Positions 19,170 through 30,078 of a stretch of 64,000 nucleotides of DNA are shown piece after piece. A model generated the notes under the pieces. The model did no database searches. It saw nothing but the letters and a program-made list of their open reading frames with translations, and was not told where the DNA came from. The DNA is from Pseudorhodobacter sp. Lineage in GTDB: Bacteria > Pseudomonadota > Alphaproteobacteria > Rhodobacterales > Rhodobacteraceae. The translations under genes were made by a program, and so were the position numbers. Position 1 is the first letter of the stretch. Every line of letters begins with the position of its first letter. The stretch is taken from the NCBI GenBank assembly GCA_046295215.1, contig JBKBNP010000012.1, forward strand, positions 15,410 through 79,409. The letters run 5' to 3'.

Positions 19170-21593
19170 TCAGCCCCGCATCCGCGCGCCATCCCCGTCC
19201 CACAAAGGCGCCAGATGCACCCGCGCTGGCCGCCGCTCGCCCAGGATCTCGATCTCACATTCCAGCCCGTCCTGCACCCTGTCTGCGGGCAGGAACCCCA
19301 TGGCGACCGATTGCCCGGTCCAGTGGCTGAACCCACCCGAGGTGCAAAAGCCGACCACGGCACCGTCGAGCCAGATCGGTTCCCACGCCACCACATCGGC
19401 CTCGTTCGCCTCCACGACAAAACTGACAAGGCGGCGTTTCGGCCCCGCCGCCTTTTCGGCCATGGCGGCGGATTTGCCGATCCAGTCAGCCTCCTTGTTC
19501 CAGGCGGTGAAACGGTCCAGCCCCGTCTCGCAGGGCGTGTAATCGGGGCTGAACTCGCGCCCCCAACTGCCGAACCATTTGTCCAGCCGCAGGGACATCA
19601 TCGCCCGCATCCCGAAGGGGCGCAGGCCAAGGTCGGCGCCTGCCGCGTTCAGCACATCCCAAAGATGGCGCACAGACATATGGTCGGTGAAGATCTCATA
19701 GCCCAGATCGCCGGTATAGCTGACCCGCTGGACCAGACAATTCGCCATGCCCACGGTCATGCGCCGCACATCCATGAAGCGGAACGCCTCTGCCGAAACA
19801 TCCGCGCGGGTGACACGCGACAGCAATTCCCGCGCCTGCGGCCCCGCAATCTGGAACCCCGACTTGAGGTCCGACACATTGTCCACCCGCACGCCCGGCG
19901 CGGCGTTCTGCTGGAACCAGCGCATATGCCAGCCCTGCGCGCCATAGCTGGCGGTCAGGCGGAAATTGCCCGGATCGAGGCAGGACACCGTGAAATCGCC
20001 GATGATCTTGCCCGAAGGCGCCAGCATCGGCGTCAGGCTCATCCGCCCCGGCGCAGGGATCCGGCCTGCCATGATCCGGTCGAGCCAGTCGCGCGCCTTG
20101 TGCCCCGTCACGCGGTATTTGCCGAAATTCTGCACCTCGTTGATGCCGACGCCTTCGCGGACCGCGCGCACCTCCTGCGCTGTTGCCTCCCAGGCGTTGG
20201 AGCGGCGGAAGGTCGGCGCCTCCAGCCGTGGCTCACCCGGCAGCGCGTGGTAATTCACGACCTCCAGCCCGTATTGCTGGCCCCATACCGCGTTCATGCC
20301 GTCGAATACCTCATACATCGGCGTGGTGCGGAAGGGGCGGGCGGCGGGGCGTTCCTCATTGGGGTAGCTGACCGAGAACCGCATCTGGTAATTCTCGATC
20401 ACCTTCGGGACGGTATAGCCGGGGCTGGTCCAGTTGCCGAAGCGCGCCACGTCAAAGCCACGCGGGTCGCGTTCCACCTCGCCTTCGATCATCCATTGCG
20501 CCAGCGCGAGGCCCATGCCGCCGCCCTGGCTGAACCCCGCCATCACCGCACAGGCCGACCAGTAGTTGCGCAAGCCCGGCACCGGACCGATCAGCGGGTT
20601 GCCATCGGGGGCGAAAGTGAACGGCCCGTGGATCACCCGCTTGACGCCCGAGCGTTCCAGCACCGGAAAGCGGCGATAGGCGAAGGTGACCGAATCCTCG
20701 ATCTTGTCGAATTGTTCGTTCAGCAACTCATGCCCGAAGGTCCAGGGTGTGCCATCCACCGCCCAGGGTTCGCAGGGCTTTTCATAGAAGCCGATGCAGA
20801 GGCCGCGCCCCTCCTGCCGCAGATAGGACTCGCCGCCCGGATCCATCACATGCGGAAATTCGCGGCCCTGTTTCAGGAATTCCATGATCTCGGGGATGTC
20901 ATCCGTCACCAGATACTGATGTGCCATCGGCAACAGCGGCAGGTAGATCCCCGCCATCGCCCCCACCTCGCGCGCCCAGAGCCCGCCGGCATTCACCAGA
21001 TGCTCGCAATGGACCGTGCCCTTCTCCGTCACCACCTCCCAGCCCTCCGCCGTGGGGTTCGTCTCCAGCACCCGGTTGTGCAGCACGATCTCGGCGCCGC
21101 CCATCCGTGCGGCCTTGGCATAGGCATGGGTGGTGCCCGAGGGGTCCAGATGCCCGTCCAGCGGATCCCAGAGCGCGCCGATGATGCCTTCGAGGTTCAC
21201 CATGCCGTCGGTCAGCTTGTGGATCTCCTCCGGCCCGAGAATTTCGGTCTCCAGCCCCATGTAGCGGTGCTTGGCGCGTTCGGCCTTCAGCATCTCGAAC
21301 CGCGCCATGTTGTCGGCCAGCGTGATGCCCCCCACATGGTGCAGCCCGCAGGACATGCCGGTGATCGCCTCCAATTCCTTGTAAAGCCGGATGGTATAGC
21401 CCTGTAGCGCTGCCATGTTGGTATCGCCGTTGAGCGTGTGGAACCCGCCCGCGGCATGCCATGTCGATCCGCTCGTCAATTCTGACCGCTCGATCAGCAT
21501 GACATCGGACCAGCCGAGTTTCGTCAGGTGATAGAGAACCGAGCAGCCGACAACGCCGCCCCCGATGACGACGACACGGGCATGGGATTTCAT
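19170..21593 (-). CDS. FAD-dependent dimethylglycine/sarcosine dehydrogenase-family protein with C-terminal GcvT (aminomethyltransferase) domain
   Basis: 807 aa. N-terminal dinucleotide fold VVVIGGGVVGCS, DAO-like domain, C-terminal folate-binding GcvT-like region. Confidence 0.85.
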   Translation of the reverse strand: MKSHARVVVIGGGVVGCSVLYHLTKLGWSDVMLIERSELTSGSTWHAAGGFHTLNGDTNMAALQGYTIRLYKELEAITGMSCGLHHVGGITLADNMARFEMLKAERAKHRYMGLETEILGPEEIHKLTDGMVNLEGIIGALWDPLDGHLDPSGTTHAYAKAARMGGAEIVLHNRVLETNPTAEGWEVVTEKGTVHCEHLVNAGGLWAREVGAMAGIYLPLLPMAHQYLVTDDIPEIMEFLKQGREFPHVMDPGGESYLRQEGRGLCIGFYEKPCEPWAVDGTPWTFGHELLNEQFDKIEDSVTFAYRRFPVLERSGVKRVIHGPFTFAPDGNPLIGPVPGLRNYWSACAVMAGFSQGGGMGLALAQWMIEGEVERDPRGFDVARFGNWTSPGYTVPKVIENYQMRFSVSYPNEERPAARPFRTTPMYEVFDGMNAVWGQQYGLEVVNYHALPGEPRLEAPTFRRSNAWEATAQEVRAVREGVGINEVQNFGKYRVTGHKARDWLDRIMAGRIPAPGRMSLTPMLAPSGKIIGDFTVSCLDPGNFRLTASYGAQGWHMRWFQQNAAPGVRVDNVSDLKSGFQIAGPQARELLSRVTRADVSAEAFRFMDVRRMTVGMANCLVQRVSYTGDLGYEIFTDHMSVRHLWDVLNAAGADLGLRPFGMRAMMSLRLDKWFGSWGREFSPDYTPCETGLDRFTAWNKEADWIGKSAAMAEKAAGPKRRLVSFVVEANEADVVAWEPIWLDGAVVGFCTSGGFSHWTGQSVAMGFLPADRVQDGLECEIEILGERRPARVHLAPLWDGDGARMRG

Positions 21594-21659
21594 GGCAAAC
21601 CTCCGGCACAGCTTTCAGCGCAAACTGGCCTGTCATGCCCGGTGAAGGCATGTTCATGC

Positions 21660-21676
21660 GCGACAAAATATGTCGC
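21660..21676. promoter_or_regulatory. inverted repeat GCGACA-N5-TGTCGC upstream of the dehydrogenase gene
   Basis: Perfect 6-bp arms, read directly. Located about 65 bp upstream of the start at 21593. Confidence 0.3.
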
Positions 21677-21771
21677 ATCCGGCCTGCCTTTCCGGCTTTC
21701 ATCCCGGTGGGAAATACATTCCGCAGTGAGCCACCGACCGCGCCAAGGGGCAGGCAGCCCGCTGGCCCCGC

Positions 21772-22041
21772 TCAGTGCAGCCGGAACTCCCCGACAACAT
21801 TGCGCCACTCACCCGGGGCGATCAGCTTGCGATGGGTGAAGCGCACCGAATGCAGCGGGCCCTCGATCTTTTCCTGCCAGAACTCGATGAAATCGAAGAG
21901 CTTGGGGTAGTCCGGCGCAAGGTCATAGTCCTGCCAGATATAGCTGTTCAGAACATTCCGGAAATCGGGCATGCGGTAGTAGAATTCCGCCGTGGTCAGC
22001 CCGTATCCCTTCAACATCAGTTCGGTTTCGGTCGCGCGCAT
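21772..22041 (-). CDS. Usg-family small protein
   Basis: 89 aa (GYGLTTAEFYYRMPDFRNVLNSYIWQDYDLAPDYPKLFDFIEFW...EFRLH). Matches my recollection of the alphaproteobacterial Usg-like family. Confidence 0.65.
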   Translation of the reverse strand: MRATETELMLKGYGLTTAEFYYRMPDFRNVLNSYIWQDYDLAPDYPKLFDFIEFWQEKIEGPLHSVRFTHRKLIAPGEWRNVVGEFRLH

Positions 22042-22167
22042 CGCTCACCTCGCTTTCTGCTTTCTCCGATGATGCGCGATTCGTATTAAGTTTCAACAAA
22101 AACAGTATGTTGTCACTCTCTCCCTGTGGCTGCTTGCGGGGCGCCTCCAGCCTCGGGAAAGGTGGCA

Positions 22168-22197
22168 TTGCACCCCCTATCTTGCTTGGTCTATACT
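22168..22197 (+). promoter_or_regulatory. putative sigma-70-type promoter for gyrA
   Basis: TTGCAC, 18-nt spacer, TATACT, about 55 nt upstream of the gyrA start. By-eye match only. Confidence 0.3.
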
Positions 22198-22252
22198 GCC
22201 GCCAACAATATCTAGAGGTCTGACATCAGGCCGGAACAGAAAGCAAATACTC

Positions 22253-24973
22253 GTGACCGACACACCGGAAGACACTGAAAACGCAGAAAAAGCGCCGGAG
22301 CGTCCTGCCTTTTCCGGCCCCACCGTCTCGATCGTTGAGGAAATGAAGACCGCCTATCTCGATTACGCGATGAGCGTGATCGTTTCCCGCGCGATCCCCG
22401 ATCTGCGCGACGGGCTGAAACCTGTGCATCGGCGTATTCTTTATGCAATGCATGAATCCGGCAACAGTCACGATAAATCCTACCGCAAATCCGCGCGGCC
22501 CGTGGGCGACACGATGGGGAAATACCACCCCCATGGGGATTCCGCGATCTATGACGCGCTGGTGCGGATGGCGCAGCCTTTCTCGATGAGCCTCAAGCTT
22601 CTGGACGGTCAGGGCAATTTCGGCTCGATGGATGGCGATAACGCCGCCGCCATGCGCTATACCGAAGTGCGGATGGACAAGCCCGCCGCCTATCTGCTGG
22701 CCGATATCGACAAGGAAACTGTTGATTTCCAGGACAATTACGATGGCAAGGACCGCGAACCCACGGTCCTGCCCGCCCGCTTTCCCAACATGCTGGTCAA
22801 TGGCGCGGGGGGCATCGCGGTCGGCATGGCGACCAATATCCCGCCGCACAATCTGGGCGAGGTGATCGACGGCACGCTGGCCCTGATCGACAATCCCGAC
22901 CTTTCGACCGAGGCCCTGATGGAGATCATCCCGGCGCCCGATTTTCCCACCGGCGCGCTGATCCTTGGCCGCTCGGGCGCCCGCAAAGCCTATCTTGAGG
23001 GGCGCGGCTCGGTCATCATCCGTGCCAAGACTCGGGTCGAGGAAATCCGCAAGGACCGTTTCGCGATCATTGTAGAGGAAATCCCTTATCAGGTGAACAA
23101 GGCCCGGATGATCGAGATCATCGCTGAACAGGTGCGTGAGAAGAAGATCGAGGGCATTTCCAACGTGGCCGACGAATCCGACCGGATCGGCGTGCGCGTG
23201 GTGATCGAGCTGAAGCGCGACGCGACGGCGGATGTGGTGCTGAACCAGTTGTTCCGCTTCACCCCGATGCAGACCTCCTTCGGCTGCAACATGCTGGCGC
23301 TGAACGGCGGGCGGCCGGAACAGCTTGCCCTGCGCGATTTCCTCTCGCATTTCATCGGCTTCCGCGAAGAAGTTGTGGCCCGTCGCACGGCCTACGAATT
23401 GCGCAAGGCGCGCGAGCGCAGCCATGTGCTGTGCGGTCTGGCCGTGGCGGTGTCCAATGTCGATGAGGTGGTGCGCACCATCCGCGCCAGTGCCGATGCG
23501 GCAGAGGCGCGCGAAAAGCTGATGACGCGGCGCTGGCCTGCAGGCGAGATCGCGCCCTTCATCCTGCTGATCGACGATCCGACCCACAAGATGAACGAGG
23601 ACGGCACCTACAACCTGTCCGAAGTGCAGGCGCGCGCGATCCTTGAACTGCGGCTGCAACGCCTGACGCAACTGGGCGTCAAGGAGGTCACGGACGAGTT
23701 GGAAGAGCTGGCCGCCAAGATCAAGGATTACCTCGACATCCTGTCCTCGCGTGAGCGGATCATGGCGATCATTTCCACCGAATTGCGCGAGGTGCGCGAC
23801 CTTTTTGCCGTGCCGCGCCGCAGCGAGATCGTCGACTGGGCCGGCGACATGATGGACGAGGATCTGATCGAGCGCGAGGATATGGTCGTGACCATTACCT
23901 CCGGCGGCTATATCAAGCGCACGCCGCTGGCCGAGTTCCGCCAGCAGAACCGGGGCGGCAAGGGCCTGTCGTCGATGGCGACCAAAGAAGATGATGTTGT
24001 CACCACGCTGTTCGTGGCCAACACGCACACTTGGCTCTTGTTCTTCACCACCGATGGCATGGTCTACAAGCTCAAGACCTGGCGTCTGCCGCTGGCGGGG
24101 CGCACGGCCAAGGGCAAGGCCATCGTGAATATCCTGCCGATCCAGGCGGGGATTTCCATTGCCGCGCTGATGCCGGTGGACGTGCCGGAGGAGGACTGGG
24201 CGAGCCTTCAGATCGTCTTTGCCACCTCGGATGGCGACGTGCGCCAGAACGACCTGTCGGATTTCACCAATGTCAAACGCAACGGCAAGATCGCCATGAA
24301 CCTGCCCGAAGGCGTCAGCCTCGTGAATGCGGCCATTGCCGATGACACGGACGATGTGATGCTGGTGACGGCCCTTGGCCGCGCAATCCGGTTTTCGACC
24401 ACGGATATTCGCGTGTTCAAGTCGCGCGGATCAACGGGCGTGCGGGGCATCCGGCTGGCGGCGGGCGATGCGGTGGTGTCCATGTCGATCATCCGGCATT
24501 TCGAGGCGAGCCCGGAAGAACGCGAAGCCTACCTCAAGCAGCGCCGCCTCATGGCAGGCGTGACCGAGGACGAGGGCGAGGCAGACGAGGACGAGGAAGC
24601 CGTCACGGCAGGGCAGTTGTCACCCGAACGCTATGCCGAGATGTCGGCGGCGGAGGATCTGATCCTGACGATTTCGGCCGGGGGGGCGGGCAAACTCTCG
24701 TCCAGTCACGGCTATCCGGTGCGGGGCCGGGGCGGCATGGGCGTGATGGCGATGGACAAGGCGATGCGGGGCGGGCGGCTGGTGGCCTCTTTCCCGGTCG
24801 AGATGTCGGACCAGATCATGCTGGCCACCTCCACCGGGCAGTCGATCCGGGTGCCGGTGGATCAGATCAGCTTCCGCTCGCGTTCGGCGGGTGGGGTGCG
24901 GGTGTTCAATGTCGGCGCGGGTGAGGAAGTCGTGTCCGTGGCGCGTGTGGCCGAACAGGCCGATCCTGTCTGA
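22253..24973 (+). CDS. gyrA: DNA gyrase subunit A
   Basis: 906 aa. Motifs [29 protein letters not shown] and the active-site region [11 protein letters not shown]-terminal beta-pinwheel repeats. Confidence 0.97.
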   Translation: MTDTPEDTENAEKAPERPAFSGPTVSIVEEMKTAYLDYAMSVIVSRAIPDLRDGLKPVHRRILYAMHESGNSHDKSYRKSARPVGDTMGKYHPHGDSAIYDALVRMAQPFSMSLKLLDGQGNFGSMDGDNAAAMRYTEVRMDKPAAYLLADIDKETVDFQDNYDGKDREPTVLPARFPNMLVNGAGGIAVGMATNIPPHNLGEVIDGTLALIDNPDLSTEALMEIIPAPDFPTGALILGRSGARKAYLEGRGSVIIRAKTRVEEIRKDRFAIIVEEIPYQVNKARMIEIIAEQVREKKIEGISNVADESDRIGVRVVIELKRDATADVVLNQLFRFTPMQTSFGCNMLALNGGRPEQLALRDFLSHFIGFREEVVARRTAYELRKARERSHVLCGLAVAVSNVDEVVRTIRASADAAEAREKLMTRRWPAGEIAPFILLIDDPTHKMNEDGTYNLSEVQARAILELRLQRLTQLGVKEVTDELEELAAKIKDYLDILSSRERIMAIISTELREVRDLFAVPRRSEIVDWAGDMMDEDLIEREDMVVTITSGGYIKRTPLAEFRQQNRGGKGLSSMATKEDDVVTTLFVANTHTWLLFFTTDGMVYKLKTWRLPLAGRTAKGKAIVNILPIQAGISIAALMPVDVPEEDWASLQIVFATSDGDVRQNDLSDFTNVKRNGKIAMNLPEGVSLVNAAIADDTDDVMLVTALGRAIRFSTTDIRVFKSRGSTGVRGIRLAAGDAVVSMSIIRHFEASPEEREAYLKQRRLMAGVTEDEGEADEDEEAVTAGQLSPERYAEMSAAEDLILTISAGGAGKLSSSHGYPVRGRGGMGVMAMDKAMRGGRLVASFPVEMSDQIMLATSTGQSIRVPVDQISFRSRSAGGVRVFNVGAGEEVVSVARVAEQADPV

Positions 24974-25015
24974 CGCAGGGAACCGGCTGGCGCAACTGCG
25001 CGTTGTATGAAATGT

Positions 25016-25045
25016 CGGGCGGGTGCTGTGGCATCTGCCCGTTTT
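25016..25045 (+). terminator. possible intrinsic terminator after gyrA
   Basis: Imperfect hairpin (CGGGC...GCCCG) followed by TTTTCCTTT. Confidence 0.3.
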
Positions 25046-25101
25046 CCTTTGTAACGCCATTTTGGCAGCTTTTCTGTGTCACCTGCTGAAATGAAAGACC
25101 C

Positions 25102-25941
25102 ATGCCCGACTCCTGGGACGACTATCGCTTCATGCTTTATCTGTATCGCCACCGCACTATGGCAGCGGCGGCGCGCAGCCTTGGAACGTCTGCCGCGACG
25201 GTCTCACGCCGGATCGAGCGTGCGCGGGATATTTTCGGCGTTCCCGCCTTCAGCAAGAAGGGGGAAACATGGATGCTGAATCCTGAACTGGAACCCGCAA
25301 TGGAGGTGATCAGCCAGTTTGCAGAGGCGATCCGGGCCCAGAAGAACAATCTGGGGGCAGGGCCTGCGCGATCTGTCACCGCACTTTCTGTCGGGTGCCC
25401 GCCCTTCATCGCTTCCTGCATCTTGTTGCCGAACATGACTGTGGAGGGCGGCTTGCCAGAGAATATCGACCTGACTCTCAGCAGTCGCTTTCTGGATCAG
25501 GGACTGGGCGATTGCGACATCGTGCTGCGTCAGGGCCTGCCGGATTCGGGTCGGCTCATTGCGCGGCGGGCGGGTGCCATGACCTTCCGTCTCTATCAGC
25601 CGGTGGGCGCAGAGGCATCCCGTCGCTGGGTCGGCTTGACGCGGGATCAGGACAGTTTCGGGCCGATGCGGCGGGTTGCGGAAGTTTTCAACAGCGTTCC
25701 GGCCATGCGGGTCTCGCAATTCGACCATCTGCGAGACCTTATTCTGTCGACAGGTCTGCCGGGCCCCTTGCCGGACGTAATGGCGCGCCGGGATCCGCGG
25801 CTTGAACTGGCGCAGCCTCTGGCAGAGGAAAGTGCCGAGTTCTGGCTTGCCTTCCATGAAACGCGCAGCGGTGACCGCGCCTTGCGCGCCACGGTGGACT
25901 GGATCATTTCCTGCTTCGCCAGAAATGAACGATTAAATTAA
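25102..25941 (+). CDS. LysR-family transcriptional regulator
   Basis: N-terminal wHTH (YRHRTMAAAARSLGTSAATVSRRIERARDIFGVPAF) and a C-terminal substrate-binding-like domain. Lower G+C than flanking genes. Confidence 0.75.
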   Translation: MPDSWDDYRFMLYLYRHRTMAAAARSLGTSAATVSRRIERARDIFGVPAFSKKGETWMLNPELEPAMEVISQFAEAIRAQKNNLGAGPARSVTALSVGCPPFIASCILLPNMTVEGGLPENIDLTLSSRFLDQGLGDCDIVLRQGLPDSGRLIARRAGAMTFRLYQPVGAEASRRWVGLTRDQDSFGPMRRVAEVFNSVPAMRVSQFDHLRDLILSTGLPGPLPDVMARRDPRLELAQPLAEESAEFWLAFHETRSGDRALRATVDWIISCFARNERLN

Positions 25942-26071
25942 TGCAAACCCATCCTTCCGTTTTTTGAGGGTTGAAGTATGGAAGCCAGTGCCGGAAGGTG
26001 AATGAAATGAGCCCAATACAACCTCGGGCCGATGAGCAGTCGGAACTTGAACAAACAACAGGCGCATCGAC

Positions 26072-26458
26072 ATGATTGAAATACGACCGGCCACGCAGCT
26101 TGTGCTGCGCCTTGTTCTTGGCATTGCCCTTGTGGTCGAAGCCATTCACCAATCAACAATTTTCGCGATGCGGGCGGATAGTGGCATGATGCCGACCATG
26201 CCGGGCATAGCCTTTGCCGTGCTGCATGCGCTGATGCTGGTGGCAGCGATCTGGGTCTTGTTTGGCATACGCACCCGGATTGTCGCCCTGATCGGGCTGG
26301 CCTGCCTCTATGCGGACAGTCTGATCATCCCGCTTGTTCCAGGATTTCCCGAGCGCAAAGTGCTTTTTGCCGTGGCGATCCTTGCGGCGGTGCCCCTGAT
26401 TTTCTTCGGAGGCGGGCGTTTCAGCCTGTATCGCGCAGGCTGGCGCAATCCCTTCTGA
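26072..26458 (+). CDS. small integral membrane protein (DoxX-like, about 4 TM)
   Basis: 128 aa with four hydrophobic segments. The DoxX-like call is tentative. Confidence 0.45.
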   Translation: MIEIRPATQLVLRLVLGIALVVEAIHQSTIFAMRADSGMMPTMPGIAFAVLHALMLVAAIWVLFGIRTRIVALIGLACLYADSLIIPLVPGFPERKVLFAVAILAAVPLIFFGGGRFSLYRAGWRNPF

Positions 26459-26505
26459 CCGGATCCGTAACGAGTAGATCTGTTTGCTACACGCTCTCAA
26501 CCTGG

Positions 26506-26535
26506 CCGCCGTTCACATTGGACGGCGGTTTTTTT
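26506..26535 (+). terminator. canonical rho-independent terminator
   Basis: CCGCCGT-TCACATTGG-ACGGCGG followed by TTTTTTT, about 50 nt after the stop at 26458. Confidence 0.8.
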
Positions 26536-26597
26536 GTCGGGTCTTTTCCTTGGCGAACTTTGCGCCTATCCCGGTCGCAGACCGAAGCGGGGGCGCC

Positions 26598-27938
26598 ATG
26601 ACAGAAGAACTGAACATTGTCGGCGGGGGCATGGCCGGATCGGAAGCCGCCTGGCAGGCGGCGGAGGCGGGCGTGGATGTGGTGATCCACGAGATGCGCC
26701 CCGGGGTCGGCACTTTCGCGCATCGCACCGGTGATCTGGCAGAGATGGTCTGTTCCAATTCCTTCCGGTCGGATGACAGTGACCGCAACGCCGTGGGCCT
26801 GTTGCATTGGGAAATGGGGGCGGCGGACGGGATCATCATGCAGACCGCGCGGGCGCACCGGCTGCCAGCGGGCGGCGCGCTGGCGGTGGACCGCGATGCC
26901 TTCTCGGCCGCCGTGACGGCGCGGCTGCGCGCGCATCCGCGGATTTCGCTGTCTGCGGGGGAGGTGACGGACTTGCCCGGCGATGGCCACTGGATCATCG
27001 CGACCGGGCCGCTGACCTCGGGCGCGCTGGCGGAAAGCATCCGGGCCGAGACAGGGGCCGAGGCACTGGCCTTTTTCGATGCGATTGCCCCCATCGTCTA
27101 TGCCGAAAGCATCGACATGGATGTAGCCTGGCGTCAGAGCCGCTATGACAAGGGTGAGACGGTGGAAGAACAGACCGCCTATATCAACTGCCCGATGACG
27201 AAGGATCAGTATGAGGCCTTCATCGACGCGCTGCTGGCCGCCGACAAGACCGAGTTCCATGAGGGCGAGACGGCGGGCTATTTCGACGGTTGCCTGCCGA
27301 TCGAGGTGATGGCCGAACGCGGGCGCGAGACGCTGCGCTATGGGCCGATGAAGCCGGTTGGGCTGACCAATGCCCATGATCCGCAGGTCAAGGCTCACGC
27401 TGTGGTGCAACTGCGCCGGGACAACAAACTTGGCACGCTCTACAATATCGTGGGGTTCCAGACAAAGATGAAATACGGTGCGCAAACCGCTGTTTTCAAG
27501 ATGGTTCCTGGCCTGGAGAACGCCAACTTTGCGCGCCTTGGCGGCATTCACCGAAATACATTCCTCAACTCACCCACGCTGCTTGATGACCGGATGCGGC
27601 TGCGGTCACGCCCGCATATCCGCTTTGCCGGGCAGATTACCGGGGTGGAGGGATATGTGGAAAGCGCGGCGATGGGTCTGCTGGCGGGCCGGATGGCGGC
27701 GGCAGAGATCCTGGGGCGCGATCTGCCGCCCCCGCCGCCCGAAACCGCGATGGGCGCGCTGGTCTGGCATATCACCGGGGGGGCGGAGGCAAAGACCTTC
27801 CAACCGATGAACGTGAATTTCGGGCTGTTCCCGCCGATTGATGCGAAGGGGGGGCGGCGGGGCCGCAAAGACCGCTACATGGCCTATACCGCACGGGCGA
27901 AAGAGGCTTTTTCACAATGGCTTGACGCACAAAGGTGA
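26598..27938 (+). CDS. trmFO: methylenetetrahydrofolate--tRNA-(uracil-5)-methyltransferase TrmFO
   Basis: ATG at 26598 in ORF 26484..27938. Motifs [25 protein letters not shown] and [14 protein letters not shown] are typical of TrmFO/Gid. Confidence 0.9.
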   Translation: MTEELNIVGGGMAGSEAAWQAAEAGVDVVIHEMRPGVGTFAHRTGDLAEMVCSNSFRSDDSDRNAVGLLHWEMGAADGIIMQTARAHRLPAGGALAVDRDAFSAAVTARLRAHPRISLSAGEVTDLPGDGHWIIATGPLTSGALAESIRAETGAEALAFFDAIAPIVYAESIDMDVAWRQSRYDKGETVEEQTAYINCPMTKDQYEAFIDALLAADKTEFHEGETAGYFDGCLPIEVMAERGRETLRYGPMKPVGLTNAHDPQVKAHAVVQLRRDNKLGTLYNIVGFQTKMKYGAQTAVFKMVPGLENANFARLGGIHRNTFLNSPTLLDDRMRLRSRPHIRFAGQITGVEGYVESAAMGLLAGRMAAAEILGRDLPPPPPETAMGALVWHITGGAEAKTFQPMNVNFGLFPPIDAKGGRRGRKDRYMAYTARAKEAFSQWLDAQR

Positions 27939-27942
27939 TGTG

Positions 27943-28785
27943 ATGGGTGAATTCGTCACCCGCTTCGCACCGTCCCCGACCGGGCCGCTGCATCTGGGGC
28001 ATGCCTATTCGGCGATTCTGGCGCATGACATGGCGCGGGCCAGAGGCGGGCGCTTTCTGCTGCGGATGGAGGATACCGACCTCCAACGCTGCAAAGCCGA
28101 ATGGGAAACCGCCATTGTCGAGGATCTGACATGGCTCGGGCTGGCATGGGATGGACCGGTTCAGCGCCAGTCGCCCAAGATCCCTGACTACAATCTGCGG
28201 CTGGAACGGCTTGCGCAGACGGGCCTGATCTACCCCTGTTCCTGCACCCGGGGGGATATCCGGGCGGCGGTGGCGGCCCCGCAGGAAGGCGTCCTGCATC
28301 CGCATTACCCCGGCACCTGCCGGGGGCGCAGGATGGAGGACCGGCAGCCGGGTGACGCGCTGCGGCTGGATCTCGGGGCGGCGCTCGCGCGGGTGGCGGA
28401 CGACCTGCCGGAGTTCACCGAAACCGGCCTTTCCCATGCGGGCCTGCACCGCATCGACGCCGCGCATGCGCAATCAACCATCGGGGATGTGGTGCTGGGC
28501 CGGAAGGGCGAGGAGATCGTTGCCTATTTTCTTGCCTCGGCCTTCGACGATGCCGATCAGGAGATCAGCCATGTGATCCGGGGCGAGGATCTTTTCGGGT
28601 TTACGCCGGTGCAGGTTGTCCTGCAGCGGCTGCTCGGATTGCCGACGCCAGTCTATCACCATCACCGTCTGGTCCGGGATGAAACGGGCAAGCGGCTGGC
28701 CAAGCGAGACGACGCGCGGGCAATCGCAAGGTTCCGCGCCGACGGGGCCAGCCCGCAGGACATCCGGGATCTGGTCGGGCTCTAG
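27943..28785 (+). CDS. gluQ: tRNA glutamyl-Q(34) synthetase
   Basis: ATG at 27943 (GTG at 27940 also possible). Class I HIGH-type motif RFAPSPTGPLHLGHAYSA. Truncated GluRS-like length (~280 aa) and KRLAKRD near the C-terminus. Confidence 0.85.
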   Translation: MGEFVTRFAPSPTGPLHLGHAYSAILAHDMARARGGRFLLRMEDTDLQRCKAEWETAIVEDLTWLGLAWDGPVQRQSPKIPDYNLRLERLAQTGLIYPCSCTRGDIRAAVAAPQEGVLHPHYPGTCRGRRMEDRQPGDALRLDLGAALARVADDLPEFTETGLSHAGLHRIDAAHAQSTIGDVVLGRKGEEIVAYFLASAFDDADQEISHVIRGEDLFGFTPVQVVLQRLLGLPTPVYHHHRLVRDETGKRLAKRDDARAIARFRADGASPQDIRDLVGL

Positions 28786-28789
28786 CGGA

Positions 28790-29887
28790 TCAGCCCCCCG
28801 GCGCCATCCGGTAGGCGGCACCATCTGTCACCGACAGAAACCAGATTGCGCCGTCAGGTGCCTCCACCACGTCCCGGACGCGCCCGGTTTCGGGCGTTTT
28901 GATGCGATGCTCGCGAAAACCGTCCTCCGGGTCGAGCCGCGAGATGAAGCCGGAATTGAGGCTGCCGGTCAGGAAATGGCCCTGCCAGTCGGGAAACATC
29001 CGGCCCGACAGGATTGCGAGGCCCGAGGGCGCGATGGAAGGATCCCAGTAATGTTCGGGCTGTTCCATGCCCTCGCGATGCGTTCCTTCGCCGATCTTCG
29101 CGCCACTGTAATGGACACCGTAGGAGATTATCGGCCAGCCATAGTTGCGGCCCGGTTCCACCCGGTTCACCTCGTCGCCGCCGCGCGCACCATGCTCGAC
29201 CACCCAGAGTTGCCCCGAGGCATCGAGCGCCGCCCCCTGGATATTGCGATGACCAAAGCTGTGCAGCCCCGGAACGGCATTCGCCATGCTGGCGAAGGCG
29301 GGCGCTGTCTGCGGCGTGCCGTCGGGGGCGAAGGCCAAAACCTTGCCTTCGGGGCCACGAATGTCCTGGGCCAGCATGTCCTGTCCACGATCCCCGGTGG
29401 TGAGAAAGACAGAGCCGTCGCCTGCCTCCACCAGTCGCGCGCCGAAATGGCGGCCACCAGTGCGCGCACTCGGGGCATGGACGACTCGGAACTCCTCAAG
29501 GCGTGTGGCGTCATCCGAGAGACGACCGAACCCCATGGCGGTGCCCGTCCCGCCATTGCCAGCCGGGGCGGCATAGCTGATCCAGACCCGGCGGCTGGTT
29601 GCAAAATCGCGCGGCACCATCACGTCGAGAAGCCCGCCCTGGCCTCCCACGGCAAAGTCCGGCAGGCCGGAGACGGGCTGGACCGCAGCGCCGTTGCCCG
29701 CGAAATACAGTAGCCTGCCACCGCGTTCGGTCACCAGAAAACCGCCATCGGGCAGGAAGTCCAGCCCCCAGGGCTCAACGAGTCCCTGCACCACCGGACT
29801 GATGCGCAGGGATTGCGCAGCGAGCGGGGCTGCCAGCAATCCGGCGAGAAGGAACGCGGTTGCGAGTCGGGTTCTGCGCAGGGGCAT
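28790..29887 (-). CDS. PQQ-dependent soluble sugar dehydrogenase (YliI/Asd-like)
   Basis: Signal peptide. Motifs VEPWGLDFLPDG, GGLLDV, HFGARL and GHRNIQG are typical of the sorbosone/aldose dehydrogenase beta-propeller family. Confidence 0.8.
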   Translation of the reverse strand: MPLRRTRLATAFLLAGLLAAPLAAQSLRISPVVQGLVEPWGLDFLPDGGFLVTERGGRLLYFAGNGAAVQPVSGLPDFAVGGQGGLLDVMVPRDFATSRRVWISYAAPAGNGGTGTAMGFGRLSDDATRLEEFRVVHAPSARTGGRHFGARLVEAGDGSVFLTTGDRGQDMLAQDIRGPEGKVLAFAPDGTPQTAPAFASMANAVPGLHSFGHRNIQGAALDASGQLWVVEHGARGGDEVNRVEPGRNYGWPIISYGVHYSGAKIGEGTHREGMEQPEHYWDPSIAPSGLAILSGRMFPDWQGHFLTGSLNSGFISRLDPEDGFREHRIKTPETGRVRDVVEAPDGAIWFLSVTDGAAYRMAPGG

Positions 29888-30078
29888 GAGGTCTCCTTGA
29901 AATTTGCCTGTGGTTCAAAATGGGGGGGATTGCCCCGACGGCAACCGCAAAGGACGAGGCCCAAAGCTCACAAAACCGTGGGTCCGGACAGGTTTCCCCT
30001 GCTTTTCGATGCTTTTCTTTTGGCCGGGTCACGTCTAACCTGCCGCGCAGGATCACGGTCCAACAAAGGGAGAGACCA

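Noticed and set aside
21686-21722. Possible sixth, degenerate inverted copy of the REP-like tail (GCTTTCATCCCGGTGGGAAATACATTCCGC)
   Set aside because: Only about 11/18 matches to the tail core, and no adjacent GC hairpin. Indistinguishable from chance by eye.
21594-21771. Glycine riboswitch upstream of the GcvT-domain dehydrogenase
   Set aside because: No tandem aptamer-like GGAGAG...CACCG cores could be found by eye.
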